64,000 nucleotides of DNA from Octopus sinensis. Lineage: Eukaryota. Positions 14,790 to 27,386 of the stretch are shown here, piece after piece. Position numbers and translations under genes: made by a program. The number at the start of each line of letters is the position of its first letter. Position 1 is the stretch's first letter. Under the pieces are notes generated by a model, which searched no databases, was not told where the DNA came from, and worked only from the letters and a program-made list of their open reading frames with translations. The stretch spans positions 52,638,001-52,702,000 of the forward strand of contig NC_043001.1 of the NCBI RefSeq assembly GCF_006345805.1, read 5' to 3'.

Positions 14790-14990
14790 CTATTATATTG
14801 TTTCAATCATTTGACAACGGCTATTCTGGAGCACCGACTTTAGTCAAGCTAATTGACTCCAGGACTTATTTCTTGCTAGCCTAGTACTTATCCTATCGGC
14901 CCCCGTTGCCGAACCGCTAAGTTACGGGGGCATAAACACACCACCATCGCTCGTGAATCAATGGTGGATGGGAAGCACAGGCAAAAAATA
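14790..14990 (-). mobile_element. SINE-related repeat fragment
   Basis: gccgaaccgctaagttacggggg..aaacacaccaccatcg resembles 34235-34310, which adjoins a family B SINE. Confidence 0.5.
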
Positions 14991-15476
14991 CATACACACA
15001 TACATGTGTGTATATGTGTATATATATATATGTATATATATTGCAAAAAAAAAACGAAAAGGCTTTTTATGAAAGGTAATGACAGATATATACATTTAGA
15101 TGAACTGAGGTTGTAATAATAGTCATAAAATCATTATTATGAGATAATTAAAGAGATTCAGTATACCACGGTTTCGTCATGAGCTATTCATTGCTTTGAA
15201 TGAACACCGGCTAATGAACGGTGTCAGGTCTAATAGTTCCGGAGTAAAAATATTATTTGTAAGGGAGGTAAGTAGTACTGGATTTTGTGCGGTTAGGTTA
15301 GATATAGAATTTTAATGTGAATAGTGTAAGGGATGTATGGGGGATAGTGGTATTAATTGAAGGGTTAGTAGTGTTCTGTGAACATTGATAGAAGGGGAAG
15401 ATTTGTAAATTAGGATTAAGTTTCCTAGTATACCTTTCTATGTGTTCATTAACATATATGTATATGTGTTCACTAA

Positions 15477-15534
<58 letters not shown>

Positions 15535-15570
15535 GTATACATATATGCACATATATATATATATATATAT

Positions 15571-15686
<116 letters not shown>

Positions 15687-15715
15687 CATACATATATACA
15701 TATATATGTTTACGA

Positions 15716-15800
15716 GAGGCTGTAGGAGACATTTTCCCAAGGTACCGCGCAGTGTGGCTGAACCCGGTACTATGTTGTTGCGAAGCAATCTTCTTACCAT
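15716..15800 (-). mobile_element. SINE family B (CORE-like) fragment
   Basis: Reverse complement of the gggttcag.c.cactgcg..accttggg motif seen at 34410-34573 and 38031-38185. Confidence 0.7.
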
Positions 15801-15914
15801 ACATATATATATATAATTATTTGATACTTTTCTTTTTTTTTGTAAGCATAGTACCTCTGTAAGTTACAGGACATAAACACAATAGCATCGGTTGTCAAAC
15901 GACATACACACTCT

Positions 15915-15996
<82 letters not shown>

Positions 15997-16558
15997 CGGG
16001 GAGAGATTGAGTGACAGAAATGGAGAAAAGGAAAAAGAGAATGAGAGGATGTGCCTTCATGACATATTGACCTCAAGTGGGATGCGCTAATGCATACATA
16101 ATTTATTGATAAACAGATTCAGAAATTTTGTTAGCTGAAGAAAATATGTCCGGAGAGCCAGTGAGGTATTAGTAAACAACGGTCTAGAGTATTAAAAATG
16201 TACCTGAAGCTATTTTTGCAGCTATTATTCAATAAAATAAATGCGCAGTTAATAATAGACTAACTGAAATATTCCTGTTTGCATGTTGTTACGATATATA
16301 TGAAAAGCATAATTATATAAATATGTGCAAATATGTATACATACATATATAAATATGTATACACACAAGTATGTAAATACATACGTACATACACACACAC
16401 GCACACACACATACAGACACACACACACAGATATATATATACAAGCACATATACATACATATATAAATATAAAGGTATGCATGTATCTAAATTTTTCTCT
16501 ATATATAGATAGATGGATGTAAATTTATGCATTATATATATTATATATATATATGTAC

Positions 16559-16632
<74 letters not shown>

Positions 16633-17774
16633 GAAAGAAGGTTTGAAAATGCAATTTAAAAGATGTTTATTTACTTTACCGGTTTCACTCTTTGGAAAAA
16701 GATTGTCAAAAGTAACATGTGGAAGTTTGGTTGCGTTAATTATTGGTTGTTGCAAATTGCTACATTACACACATATATATATATATACAGTCTTTGGTAA
16801 CAGGGACATGTTAAGGACATAAAAAAGTTCAACAAGTTCCTTAAAATATTGGGCACAAAAGATTACATAAATAATCGTTCTCAAGGACATACTTAGAAGA
16901 TGAAGAAAAAGAAGAAGACGAAGAAGTGGAGGAGGAAGAGAAGGAGGAGGGTAAGAAGAAAAGGGTAAACAAAAATTAAATGAAATAAAACCCAAAATAA
17001 TGATGATAGAATAAAGATTATAATGAAAATGAGATTAACAGTAATTGAGAACAGAAGGAGAAGGAGAGTTAATTACATCAAAGATAAAGGAACGGAACAA
17101 TTTTGGAGTGGTCAATATTGCTGTGAGTCGTCAAAATATAGCCAGTGGGGTGTCTAATGATTTGAGGTCGCCTGTTAGGTACTAGCATATGGTATCTTGT
17201 ATTATGTGTGTGTATATATATAATATATATATATATATATTATATATATATAATATCTATATATATATATAATATATATATATATATATTTAATCAAAAT
17301 AAGTAATAGGATATCGTGTAGTGATGCAGTACGACTGCTTCAAGCGGCTTCTTTTAATTGAGCAATTAAATGCAGGGCAATCCCCAGCTGCATTAATAAG
17401 TAAATATAATTTTTAATCAATTGGACATGTAAATATAATTTTACTGAATTGTCCTAATGGAGCAAGAAGACGGAAAGAGTCCATGTTTCCAGTAATTTAG
17501 ATAAGAGTTCTACGGATAATAACGCACTGATTTGGTGCTTCAACTTAAGTACCTAATTCATCTCAATCTGAATTGTATATATATATAGATATATATATAT
17601 ATATATTATATATATATATATTCAGCAAAAACAATTAAGATCCAAGTGAATTCCAATGAATTCAAATGAATATGGTACTTAAATTAGATGCATCAGAATT
17701 CATTTATGGTATTATCCATAAAATAATGTGGGGTGATTATAACCAAGAATAAAGCAACAAGAATGGATTAGTTG

Positions 17775-17863
17775 TTTGGTACAATTGTTTCATACTAAGA
17801 ACAATTTTATTTGAGTCTGCAAATATTGCAGCAAATACAAATGTCCAGTATTCATCAGCTAAA
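17775..17863 (-). ncRNA. Type I hammerhead ribozyme motif (minus-strand arm)
   Basis: tttag-CTGATGA-atact...agtat-GAAA-caattg-TA-ccaaa; one mismatch in stem I. Confidence 0.7.
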
Positions 17864-17955
17864 TCACATATATGTTTTCCAGACATCCTAGAGAGTTTGA
17901 TTATCCTCATGAGGATGATCAAACTCTCTAGGATGTCTGGAAAACATATATGTGA

Positions 17956-18043
17956 TTTAGCTGATGAATACTGGACATTTGTATTTGCTGCAAATTTGCA
18001 GCTTCAAATAAAATTGTTCTTAGTATGAAACAATTGTACTAAA
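17956..18043 (+). ncRNA. Type I hammerhead ribozyme motif (plus-strand arm)
   Basis: tttag-CTGATGA-atact ggaca...tgttct tagtat-GAAA-caattg-TA-ctaaa: perfect 5-bp stem I, long stem II, palindromic stem III ACAATTGT, GUA triplet. Confidence 0.85.
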
Positions 18044-18107
18044 CTACTAATCCATTCTTGTTACTTTTTTCTTGGTTATATATATATATATATATAATAT
18101 ATATATA

Positions 18108-18292
18108 GTGGAGGCGCAATGGCCTAGTGGTTAGAGCAGCGGATCACGGTTTCGATTCCCAGACCGGGCGTCGTGAGTGTTTATTGAGCTAAAACACCTT
18201 AAGCTCCACGAGAGCTTAAGGCAAGTGGTGGTGGCGATCCCTGCTGTACTCTTTCGCCACAACTTTCTCTCACTCTTTCTTCTGTTGGCCTT
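18108..18292 (+). mobile_element. tRNA-derived SINE family C
   Basis: ggcgcaatggcctagtggttagagc (box A) ...ggtttcgattccc (box B), followed by a non-tRNA body. Confidence 0.75.
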
Positions 18293-21163
18293 CTCGTGCT
18301 GGTTGCTCTGTATTTTTTACGCTATGGGCTTTTTGGGAGATGCGTGAAAGTTGTGCGGTATCTATTAAGTATCAGAGCTTTTATCCCTCTTTGTGATATA
18401 TGCTGTATAAGTGGCTTGGTCAGTAATCTTGCTACATCTACAACAAATGCAATCAAATTTATTTGTGATCTAGCAGTGTTTGGTACGAGGATTAGGACTG
18501 AATTAAAGTACACGCAAATGTTTATAGCTAATTTTCTCATAAAACACTGTGGTGATATCAACTATTTCTGAAATATTATGTATAAAGTTAGAGGATGGCA
18601 TCTTGCTTCGTCTGTGTGTTTGATAGTGAAATCAATGTGTTTATTAATATTATTGACTGTATCAAAAATACATTTAGAATAAGTATGTCACGTTCCTAAA
18701 TGTACACCGTATAATAGACAGTATGTTATTATGTACAAATGTAATTCTATTTATTAGAAATATTAAGAAAAGCGCTTTGAATCAAATGGTCTTGAATACT
18801 ATAGTTGAATACTATCATTTCTGATAACGTAACAAAAGTATTTCAAGAATAGTTTGCAAAGAATTTAAGAAACATTACAGCGATATGCACGTAAATAATC
18901 TGTAAAGAAACTAGCCGATATAATGAAGTTTTAGAATGCAATTTTAACGATATTATTTCTTGCAGATTTACAACGTGATTTTTATGACCTTTTAGAGTAT
19001 AAATTAATACGTAGGTAGTTACTAGCTGTAAATCTATGTCTATACATGAACAAAGTTTACAGTTATGAACTACAGTGTACTCTGAAAATGTAATTTATAT
19101 GACATTAATCTATGTAATTTTGATGACGGCATAATATGAAGATTCAAATGCAACTTTCGTATAATTAGAACTTTTAAAACAATACATTCTAAGTTATATA
19201 TCTATACGCCAATATTTGTGCAAGGAGACTTCATTAAACTTAGATATTTATTCGCAATACGAAGAAAAACATATAAAAGTGCATTCGTATGGGACTTGAG
19301 CATTAAGAGCAAATAATTGCATGCCAAATTCTATAATTATACGATAATATAGCGAACCAATTTCTAGGAAAGCATATAAATAACATACTGGGATACTTAC
19401 AGAAAATAATATAACGTCTGTATACGTCGACAATTCAACCGTAGAAAAAAATGTCTGATTTGATATTTAGTTACCGAATATGTTATCAGTTTATAAAAAT
19501 ATGATTAAGAAAAATATTGGAATATAAATTATCAAGTGATATGAAATATTCTGAAAATTATCTTCGAACGAGACAATAGCACACTGGTAAATCAAGTTAA
19601 TTACACAGCGATAGATATACAGTTGCGGCTACATAAATATATATTTATTCGTTTAGGTATCATTTTGACTAAACACCAACACAAATAAAATAGAAAGAAA
19701 TAATAATGAATACATTAACTGATATATATATATAAATTATCTAACAGATCTATAGCAGAAAATATGAAAAAATTAGATTATTTTTGAGATAATTGGTGTA
19801 AAAGTTGCAAAATACGAATCTAAATTAATTTGAGCGTAAAAACCTTATGTATATATATATTGAAGAGAAATATTCAAACAAAAACTAGTACAAAATACAC
19901 TAGAGTCACTTATAAGAGAACAAATATAGTTCATGTATGACTAAGTTTAGCATCTAAACTGCCTAGCATATCCTAATGGTGGTCTACCCTTGTGCACCTT
20001 CTTCACCACTCTGTATACGACCTGGGGGGTGATCCGTACCCTCTCATACCGCCGTTAAGTACATTACTGGAACTTCGTCCAACTTGGCCAGACATGAGAT
20101 AAATGGTTTCTTGTTGTCTTCTCCAGGAAGGTGGGATTTGAGTTTAGAATATTCAGAGCAGGAAGATATAACGGAAAGCACTTCTGCCTACACGGTAACC
20201 ATTTTGTCGCTCTCCCACCCGCAGAACAGTGTGAAAGGATATGTTTTGCTAACGAATTCAACTCAGTCGACTCTTCGAATCGAACCTACAATCTAGAGAT
20301 CGTGAGTGCAATGATATATCAACTAGGTCATGTGTTTTCACATCTAACCCGGAGACCAAAACTGGCAAGCGCATTGAAAAATTTTAATCGTTTTAATACC
20401 TATCTGCATTCACGTACAAGAGCTCAGTGTTATTTACAATTATATATGCATACATTATCTACTAGCATCATCTCAAGGAATGTATTTACCCTAAATATAT
20501 GTAGACATAAAAAGGAAACCAAATATTACAATGCTATATTAGAAGAATCTATGAAAAAATGATTACAAAAACTAATATTAATGCAAATATCTTAAGGTAA
20601 CGGGGGGAGGACTACTGTATTCAGAAAATAGCAATACCAAATTTATAGCGACTAGAGTGCTCAAGAGCTCTAAAACAAAAGACTGATACATAATATGGTA
20701 ATTTTTATTACAACATAGAATATGTGTAATTAGTCAAGTGTTTAAGTTAATAATTTTACAATCAAATGAAACTGGTCACTTTCGTAACATTGCCATGTTG
20801 ATCGCTTGTCTGATATAGCTAATGCGAAAGAAAACTTGCAAAGAATAGTTATTTGCGTAAGTCATTTATAAATTAATTCAAACCTTCGATCTTTCACTGC
20901 TGATATATTTGCTACAATCATATTTTCAGTTTTACTTATATATTGGAGCATATCGATTACAAGTGACACATGATCTAACCTTGATTATCATTTTTCATAC
21001 ATTTTAACTTTCTTCTATAAAGAAGATGGCTGCTCTACAGAGGTAACTGTAGAAGGAATTGTCAGCACCTCATTCCAACACTGTACTAGTTTAGCATATC
21101 ATGAATATTACTAGATATAAAATTACATACCTATGATTTTAATGTCTTTCATCGAATATTCGA

Positions 21164-21194
<31 letters not shown>

Positions 21195-21335
21195 ATTTAC
21201 TAATTATATATTATTTAGTACTTTATTTAGTTCTAGGTAAATGTTTTATCGTATCTTGAATTTTTTTTCTATATCGTATGATTTAAGTATATCATTGTTG
21301 AATTGCTTCATTGTGGTTCATCTCTAATTTTCTAT

Positions 21336-21426
<91 letters not shown>

Positions 21427-21543
21427 TATATATAATATATATATATATAATATGTATAAGGGTTAAAAGGAACACACGAGTTGATATATATGAAAAAACA
21501 AGTCAAAGTAGAAAATGCTAAAATAATTTTATAAAGAACATTT

Positions 21544-21581
21544 CAGTACCGGTTTCGGTCATTTTGAGACCTTTTCAACTG
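21544..21581 (-). ncRNA. Minimal type I hammerhead, U3-A8 core variant
   Basis: cag-TTGAAAA-ggtc tcaaaat gacc-GAAA-ccgg-TA-ctg; palindromic stem III ACCGGT; ~100 nt downstream the sequence runs into (TA)n. Confidence 0.65.
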
Positions 21582-22004
21582 TAACGATTAAATAATTAAA
21601 TTTAGAAAAATTAAAAGAAAAGTTTGTTTAAAGGAATATTTGTATAGTGTTCAAATATAAGTGGCATTCTGCCTTTCTCTGTCTCCCTTGTTTGCACTTG
21701 TGTGTTCAAGGCCGTTGTGAGGAGAGGGGGTGGAAAAATTTGGGAGTGCCTTGATGGTCGTACTTTAAATGGTCAGTGGCGGCTAGCAGTTGCAGTTCAA
21801 TTCAGGAGAATATTTCTATTGAAAGGTTTGTTTATGGAATTTGCGTAGGTGTTATACTAAAAAGCATTGTGTGTTCGAGGCCGTTGTAAATTTGTAAATG
21901 AAATCTGAGTAGTAACGAAACCGAACAGTAAAGTTTATTTGCCAATATACGGTGGCCGTCCCATGCAAAACTACGTAAATCTAATTCAGAGATTCAAAAC
22001 TAGT

Positions 22005-25000
22005 TGTTTTACTCGTTACGAGACATATAACTGTCAGACGCTTCTCTGTTTATACATTGTGAGTAAGGTCGAGTAACTGCTATCTCTAGCCGGCAGTTAT
22101 CCAGTACTGGTCTCAGTAAAGTATAAATAGTCACGATCCGAGTGAGTTCAGGGGTCGGAGTCAAGTGAAGTTTCACTGTCTTTTTGGGGGGTATTTTTTG
22201 TCTCTTGAATTGCTTTTGTGAAATTTCGATCGTTGTGTACTGCTTTGCAGCAATTTGATCGTGCCTTCTCTCACCGAGAGATAGCGATGGTTGGATAAAT
22301 GAATTTATTTTACTCAGCGAATTTGAGTTATCAACGTCAGAGAAGGAGCTGTTAAACATAGTCAAGGGAATGGATGAACAACAGGAGACTAGGAAAAGGA
22401 CTTTTCCAGATGTTGCAAAAGCTTCGGAGGATAATGTGGAAATTAAAATAGGTAAATATAAAAATCTTTTAAGCCTGGATGGCTTCAACGTTCATGTATC
22501 CCACCTCGCAAGAAATGATTAGTAAAATGAAGGAAAAAACCGTGATACAAAAAAAAACCCACACTCCATGAAGGTCGGAAATTGGGACGTTATGACGTTT
22601 GAACAAGTAGAGAGGACTCTGAGGCCAATCCGGCAAGAGACAGTGGGGACCATAATGGTGAACGACACAATAATGAGTGTCAGGGAGGAGGGCAGAATCG
22701 CTCGCTTTTTTAAAATGTAGTCTAAAGAGCCACATAAGAGCGAAATGCCCTCCACCGTACAAAGAGACAGAGCGACCACAAGAGAGAGAAGACCAAGAGG
22801 ACGCCCAGGAGGAACCACAACAAGAAGAAAAAGGGAAAAACAATGTTACCAGCAGAGGTAGAAGAAGAAGAGGCGGAGAAAGAATGGGAAACAACAGGGA
22901 AAAGAAAAAGACAAAAATGAAGAAATTAAATTTAACACACACAGAACCCCACCCACAATTACTCAATACCCACCCACACCCTCTTAGTCCCACCCTCTCC
23001 CAGGAGACATCACACATTCCCCTCCAAAACTAAAACAGAAAAGTAAAGCATAAACACACAGGAACCCAGAAACTTTCCCTGACACTGTTTGTTTTGCGTG
23101 TGTGTTGTACGAGGAAGCAGAAGACGAACTGGTTAAAAAGGTAATGGAATGTAAGAATACAGTGTTTGTTGGGGCAGAGGATGTGGCGAGTATTGGAGGG
23201 TGCAATACATGCTTACTAATAACAGAAGAACAGAAAAATGGGATTTAAAAATACAAAGGATAGTCTGAAGTTTGAAAGATGGAGTATGATAAGAAGAGAC
23301 TACCAGAGAATATAGAATATGAGGAACTGAAAGAAGGCTACGGACACGGTATAACGGAATGTTGCTTGGAGTGGTAGGTAGCACCACTCTCATTTTTCAA
23401 TTTCATATGTTTTGATTTTCTTTTATTTGTTGCATGTCCCCACATGAATTTATCGTCCCCTCTTCATTGGCCCCTTGTGGACAAGAGAGAAACCAGTTCG
23501 GAGTCGAGGGAAGTTGGTGTTATTTCGCAGTGAAGTCGGCAGGTGTTAATTGGTTATTTCCCAAGGAATATTAATTGTGGGTTCTTAAAGAGATCTTTTA
23601 GTTCGTTACATTGTTACTGTTGCCTGGTTATCTTATTCATTGTACGTAACAAATCACATTACATCACCTGGAGACGAGTAACCACATTACTGAATCTGGC
23701 GATGAGGTTTTCGAAGATCATGTAGGTTATTTAATATTTTGTTCGTGATCCAATTTGTTAAATAATGGAAAACCTATTAACCTCCATAGTACAGTTCCAG
23801 TAGCAACAAGAGCAGTATCAGGAGTTGCAGAAGCAATTGTTACAGCAACAACTGCAACAACAATAATTATTGAAGCTAAATTGAAAGAGGTCCAAAAATG
23901 TGGTAAGTTTGTTTTTGCCAGACGTTGCTTCGAACTCGATTAATGAATTCAGTTATAACCCAGAGAGGACATAACTTTTGCACCGTACCACGGAAGGCAT
24001 GAGGCGATTTTTAAGCAAGATTGCAAAACATGGTTGAACGAACAACAAGTGAGAGTGTTATTGCGAAAATTAGCTCCGTTGGAGCATGAACGTTACTGTA
24101 ATTTCACACTGCCACCCACCACTAAAAAAAACAAAACAATGAAATTGCTTTTACAGAAGCAATAGAATTGCTGTCTTACGTATTCAGTGATAAAATTCCT
24201 CAATTTAACACTCGAATTGTGTGTTTCAATATAATGAAAAAAGAGAATGATGACTTTATCGTGATCGTAGGAACAGTCCACTGGATGTGTGAAAGTATTA
24301 AATTCAAAGAACTTACACTTGAGATGTTCAAGTGTCTTACTTTCGTACAGGCGAAGATACAGAAATTCGTGCAAGAATTCTTTCTAAATTTGAACATGCG
24401 AACCAAGATCTAACCGTACAATCCGTGGCAGAAGAATGCCAAAGGATGGTAAACCTGAAACACAATGTAGAAAAAATTCAAGGAAAGGATTCCTCAAAAA
24501 TACAAATATGCCGACCAGAAAAGTACAACCAAACAAGAGTCCTTCGTTCAAGTTCATGTTATGGTGTGGGGTTCTACATTTCAGAAAAGATTGTTTAGTT
24601 AAACAAAAAAATGTTACAAGAGTTCTCACTGCAGAAAAAAGTTACGAATTTCAAAAGTTAAAAATCCTAGTGCTCTCAGCAGAAACAAAAATCGACGCAA
24701 AAAAAAAAATTGTACACGAGGAAATAAATGGAATACATATTAAACTTCAATTGGTTACAGGGAGTGATATTTCAATAATATATATGGACACATTTGAAGA
24801 AAATGGGGAAACTTATGTTGAGAAAAACAACGAAATCTGCTCTTAGCGTGACGGGCGACAAATTACATTTCATAGGTGAAATGTGGACAGATGTCACATT
24901 TGGAGGTAAAATATACAAGGCGAAAGTCTTCGTCGTTAAACATGCGACCGATCTGTTTCGTACCGATTGGTTACAATTATTCGATTTATATCTATTTATA

Positions 25001-26403
25001 TCTATTGTAAAAATGTAAATTGTTGTCCCTCTAAAAATAATTCGTCTGAAGAGTTAATGAGAAAAATTTTTAATTCTGTTTCCTCAAGTACTCTCGGACA
25101 AACTAGGTCTATGCACAAAAACTGAGAGCCCATGATCCAGGATACATATCTACTACGCTGGACCAGTTGACGACACATACTATCTTATCGTTGTGTATAG
25201 CTATACAAAGTGGCCAGAGGTATGCAGATGTAATAAACTCACAGTAAAGACAAAAGTTAAGTTCCTACTCGAGGTATTTGCTCGATACAGTGTTCCAGAC
25301 ACGTTAGTTTCAGATAATGGAACACAATTTGCGGAATATGTATTAAAAAATTCCTGCAAAATACATACTATAAAGCATATATTTACACCGCCCTAGCACC
25401 CGAGGTCAAATGGGCAAGTGAAAAGATTTTCCGACACGTTCAAAAGAGTTCTAAGAACAGCTAGGAACGAGCTAGGTAATGACGAGGCACTAACGAAACA
25501 TTCGAGAGTGTATAGAATAACGCCAAAGCCAAATACTAATTCACGAAAATCACTAGCAGAGTTCACGCGCAAAATTTGATCTACGATAAATTATTGCGAG
25601 GAAAAAATACGTATAAAGGAAAGACAAAAGTTTCATTTGAGAAAAATACATGAAATATTACAAAACATTTCGAAGTTCATTTTAAAAACTACAAAATTGG
25701 TAAAGAGGGTTGGGAGGATGGCTGTGTAATCACAAGATTAGATAACATGACGTATTTAATTAAAGTACAACGTTCGGAATATAAAAGATAACATAACCAG
25801 TTAAAGATGAGACACAGAAGAACGAAGTACAATAACGATAGGAATCTTCTATGATATGTTTGTAGTGTCAGCACTGAGAGATATTGAACAGCATAGAACT
25901 AGCTTCAGAAAACGAAAGCAAACTGAATATCTGGAAGTAATAACTAAACAAAAAGATTAATTTTTCAGAAAACAAAACGAAAAACAAGAGTGCTTAGTAC
26001 AGGGAAACGAAAAAAGAAGTGCTGTATGCAATGAACAATACTACTTTTAAAAGTTGGGCAACAATTAAGATACAACAGCTAAAACAGGGGAAAGAAAGAG
26101 AAAATAAAAGAAATTCCACTTTCTCACAGTAGTCGAAATTTCTAAAAGGGAGATGTTTTGATGAGAACTACGACACCTTCGTGCGAGAGATAGGCTGGTC
26201 CGAGTAAAGTATAAATAGTAGAAGTTCGTATTAGTTCGCAGTGAAATCGGAAGGTGTCGTTTGGTTAGTTCGTGAGGAATATTGATTGTGGGTTTCTAAA
26301 GAGATTTGTTACTTCCTTACACTCTTTGTTACTGTTGTTAGGTTATTTTATTTATTGTACGTAACAAAATAATTTACATCTGGCGAGTAACCTCGTTATA
26401 ACA
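22005..26403 (+). mobile_element. Decayed Gypsy/Ty3 LTR retrotransposon (K02A2.6/Mag-like)
   Basis: 5' LTR 22005-22172 + 23498-~23695, PBS-like tggcgatgag at ~23697, gag (LLRKLAPLEHERYCNF), protease (INGIHIKLQLVTGSDISII), integrase (YTKWPEV..FARYSVPDTLVSDNGTQF..HPRSNGQ), PPT aaaagggaga, 3' LTR TG..CA 26154-26403. Confidence 0.85.
22173..23497 (+). mobile_element. ORF1-only non-LTR retroelement derivative inserted in the Gypsy 5' LTR
   Basis: 18-bp TSD tcggagtc(a/g)ag(t/g)gaagtt at 22155-22172 and 23498-23515; decayed ORF1 with EEGR..FLKCSLKSHIRAKCP zinc knuckle; 3' end resembles the SINE A tail. Confidence 0.7.
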
Positions 26404-27348
26404 CATTTCCCTTTGAATTTCACAATGTAAAACTTTTAATCTAAAACATGCTAAATACACCATCTGTGAAGGAATGTATACATGACTAAATACTTCTAAT
26501 AAGCATAACAAATCGTGATTTATAAACTGTCGTAGAATTCAGTGACCCGATCTATGATATGTCTATCACATAGCTTAGAACTTCCCCAAGTTGTTTTTAA
26601 GCAGCCGATTTTACTTGTAGTAAAAATTTAGTTGTAATTACATTTTGTTGCATTAATTACTCGTAAATTCCTCTAAATGCAGTAGCTTTGGAACATTTCT
26701 TAAATAATATTCACCGACACCATAATCACTTTCGGGTGACATCATAATGTAAAAGTTTACAGTGATTGTTTACAGCGGAAAAAATAGAACAGGCGTACAG
26801 AGAGAGAGAGAGAGAGAGAAAGAAAGAAAAGAGAGAGGGGGCAGATGAAAATAAGATACGTTCATGAATCTTCTTTATACGAGAATTGCATGTTAATACA
26901 CTATTTATCGGAAAGTAAATGGCCTCACTAAGGCGGTTTCTTCTATAGAATCACTAAGGCAAATATGCTTGCTGTATCTGCAAGAAAATGACCATCAATG
27001 AATTATAGAATCGAAGATAGTTTTAAAGCATTCTTCTCTCAATCCAATTCCACTTTCGAACGTGGATGGTTTTGCCTCTTATCATATTGGCGTCGTTAAA
27101 ATAATTACCAGTTGGACACTGAGGTCGATATAATCGACTTCCCAACCCCTCGAAACTGTTGGCTTTCTGCCAAAATTTGAAACCAATCTGATTACACTTT
27201 CAGCACGACATTCACTACTTTGCAATGATGAATTGCTTTTTTCAGTTTATTTCTGGAATTATGAAAAGCAAATATCCCTGAAATGAATGACATGCATGCC
27301 TTGAATACACATCATTGATATACATACATACAAAAATTTATATCATAG

Positions 27349-27386
<38 letters not shown>

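Larger units (their letters stand above)
17622..18080. mobile_element. Non-coding fold-back PLE-terminus element in (TA)n
   Basis: ~343-bp near-perfect palindrome 17738-18080 centred on tcctca|tgagga, plus an unpaired ~115-bp tail 17622-17737; homologous to pLTR+tail 59092-59409 of the PLE. Confidence 0.85.

Noticed and set aside
18108-18170. tRNA gene
   Set aside because: Box A/B present but no full cloverleaf, and it continues into a SINE body.
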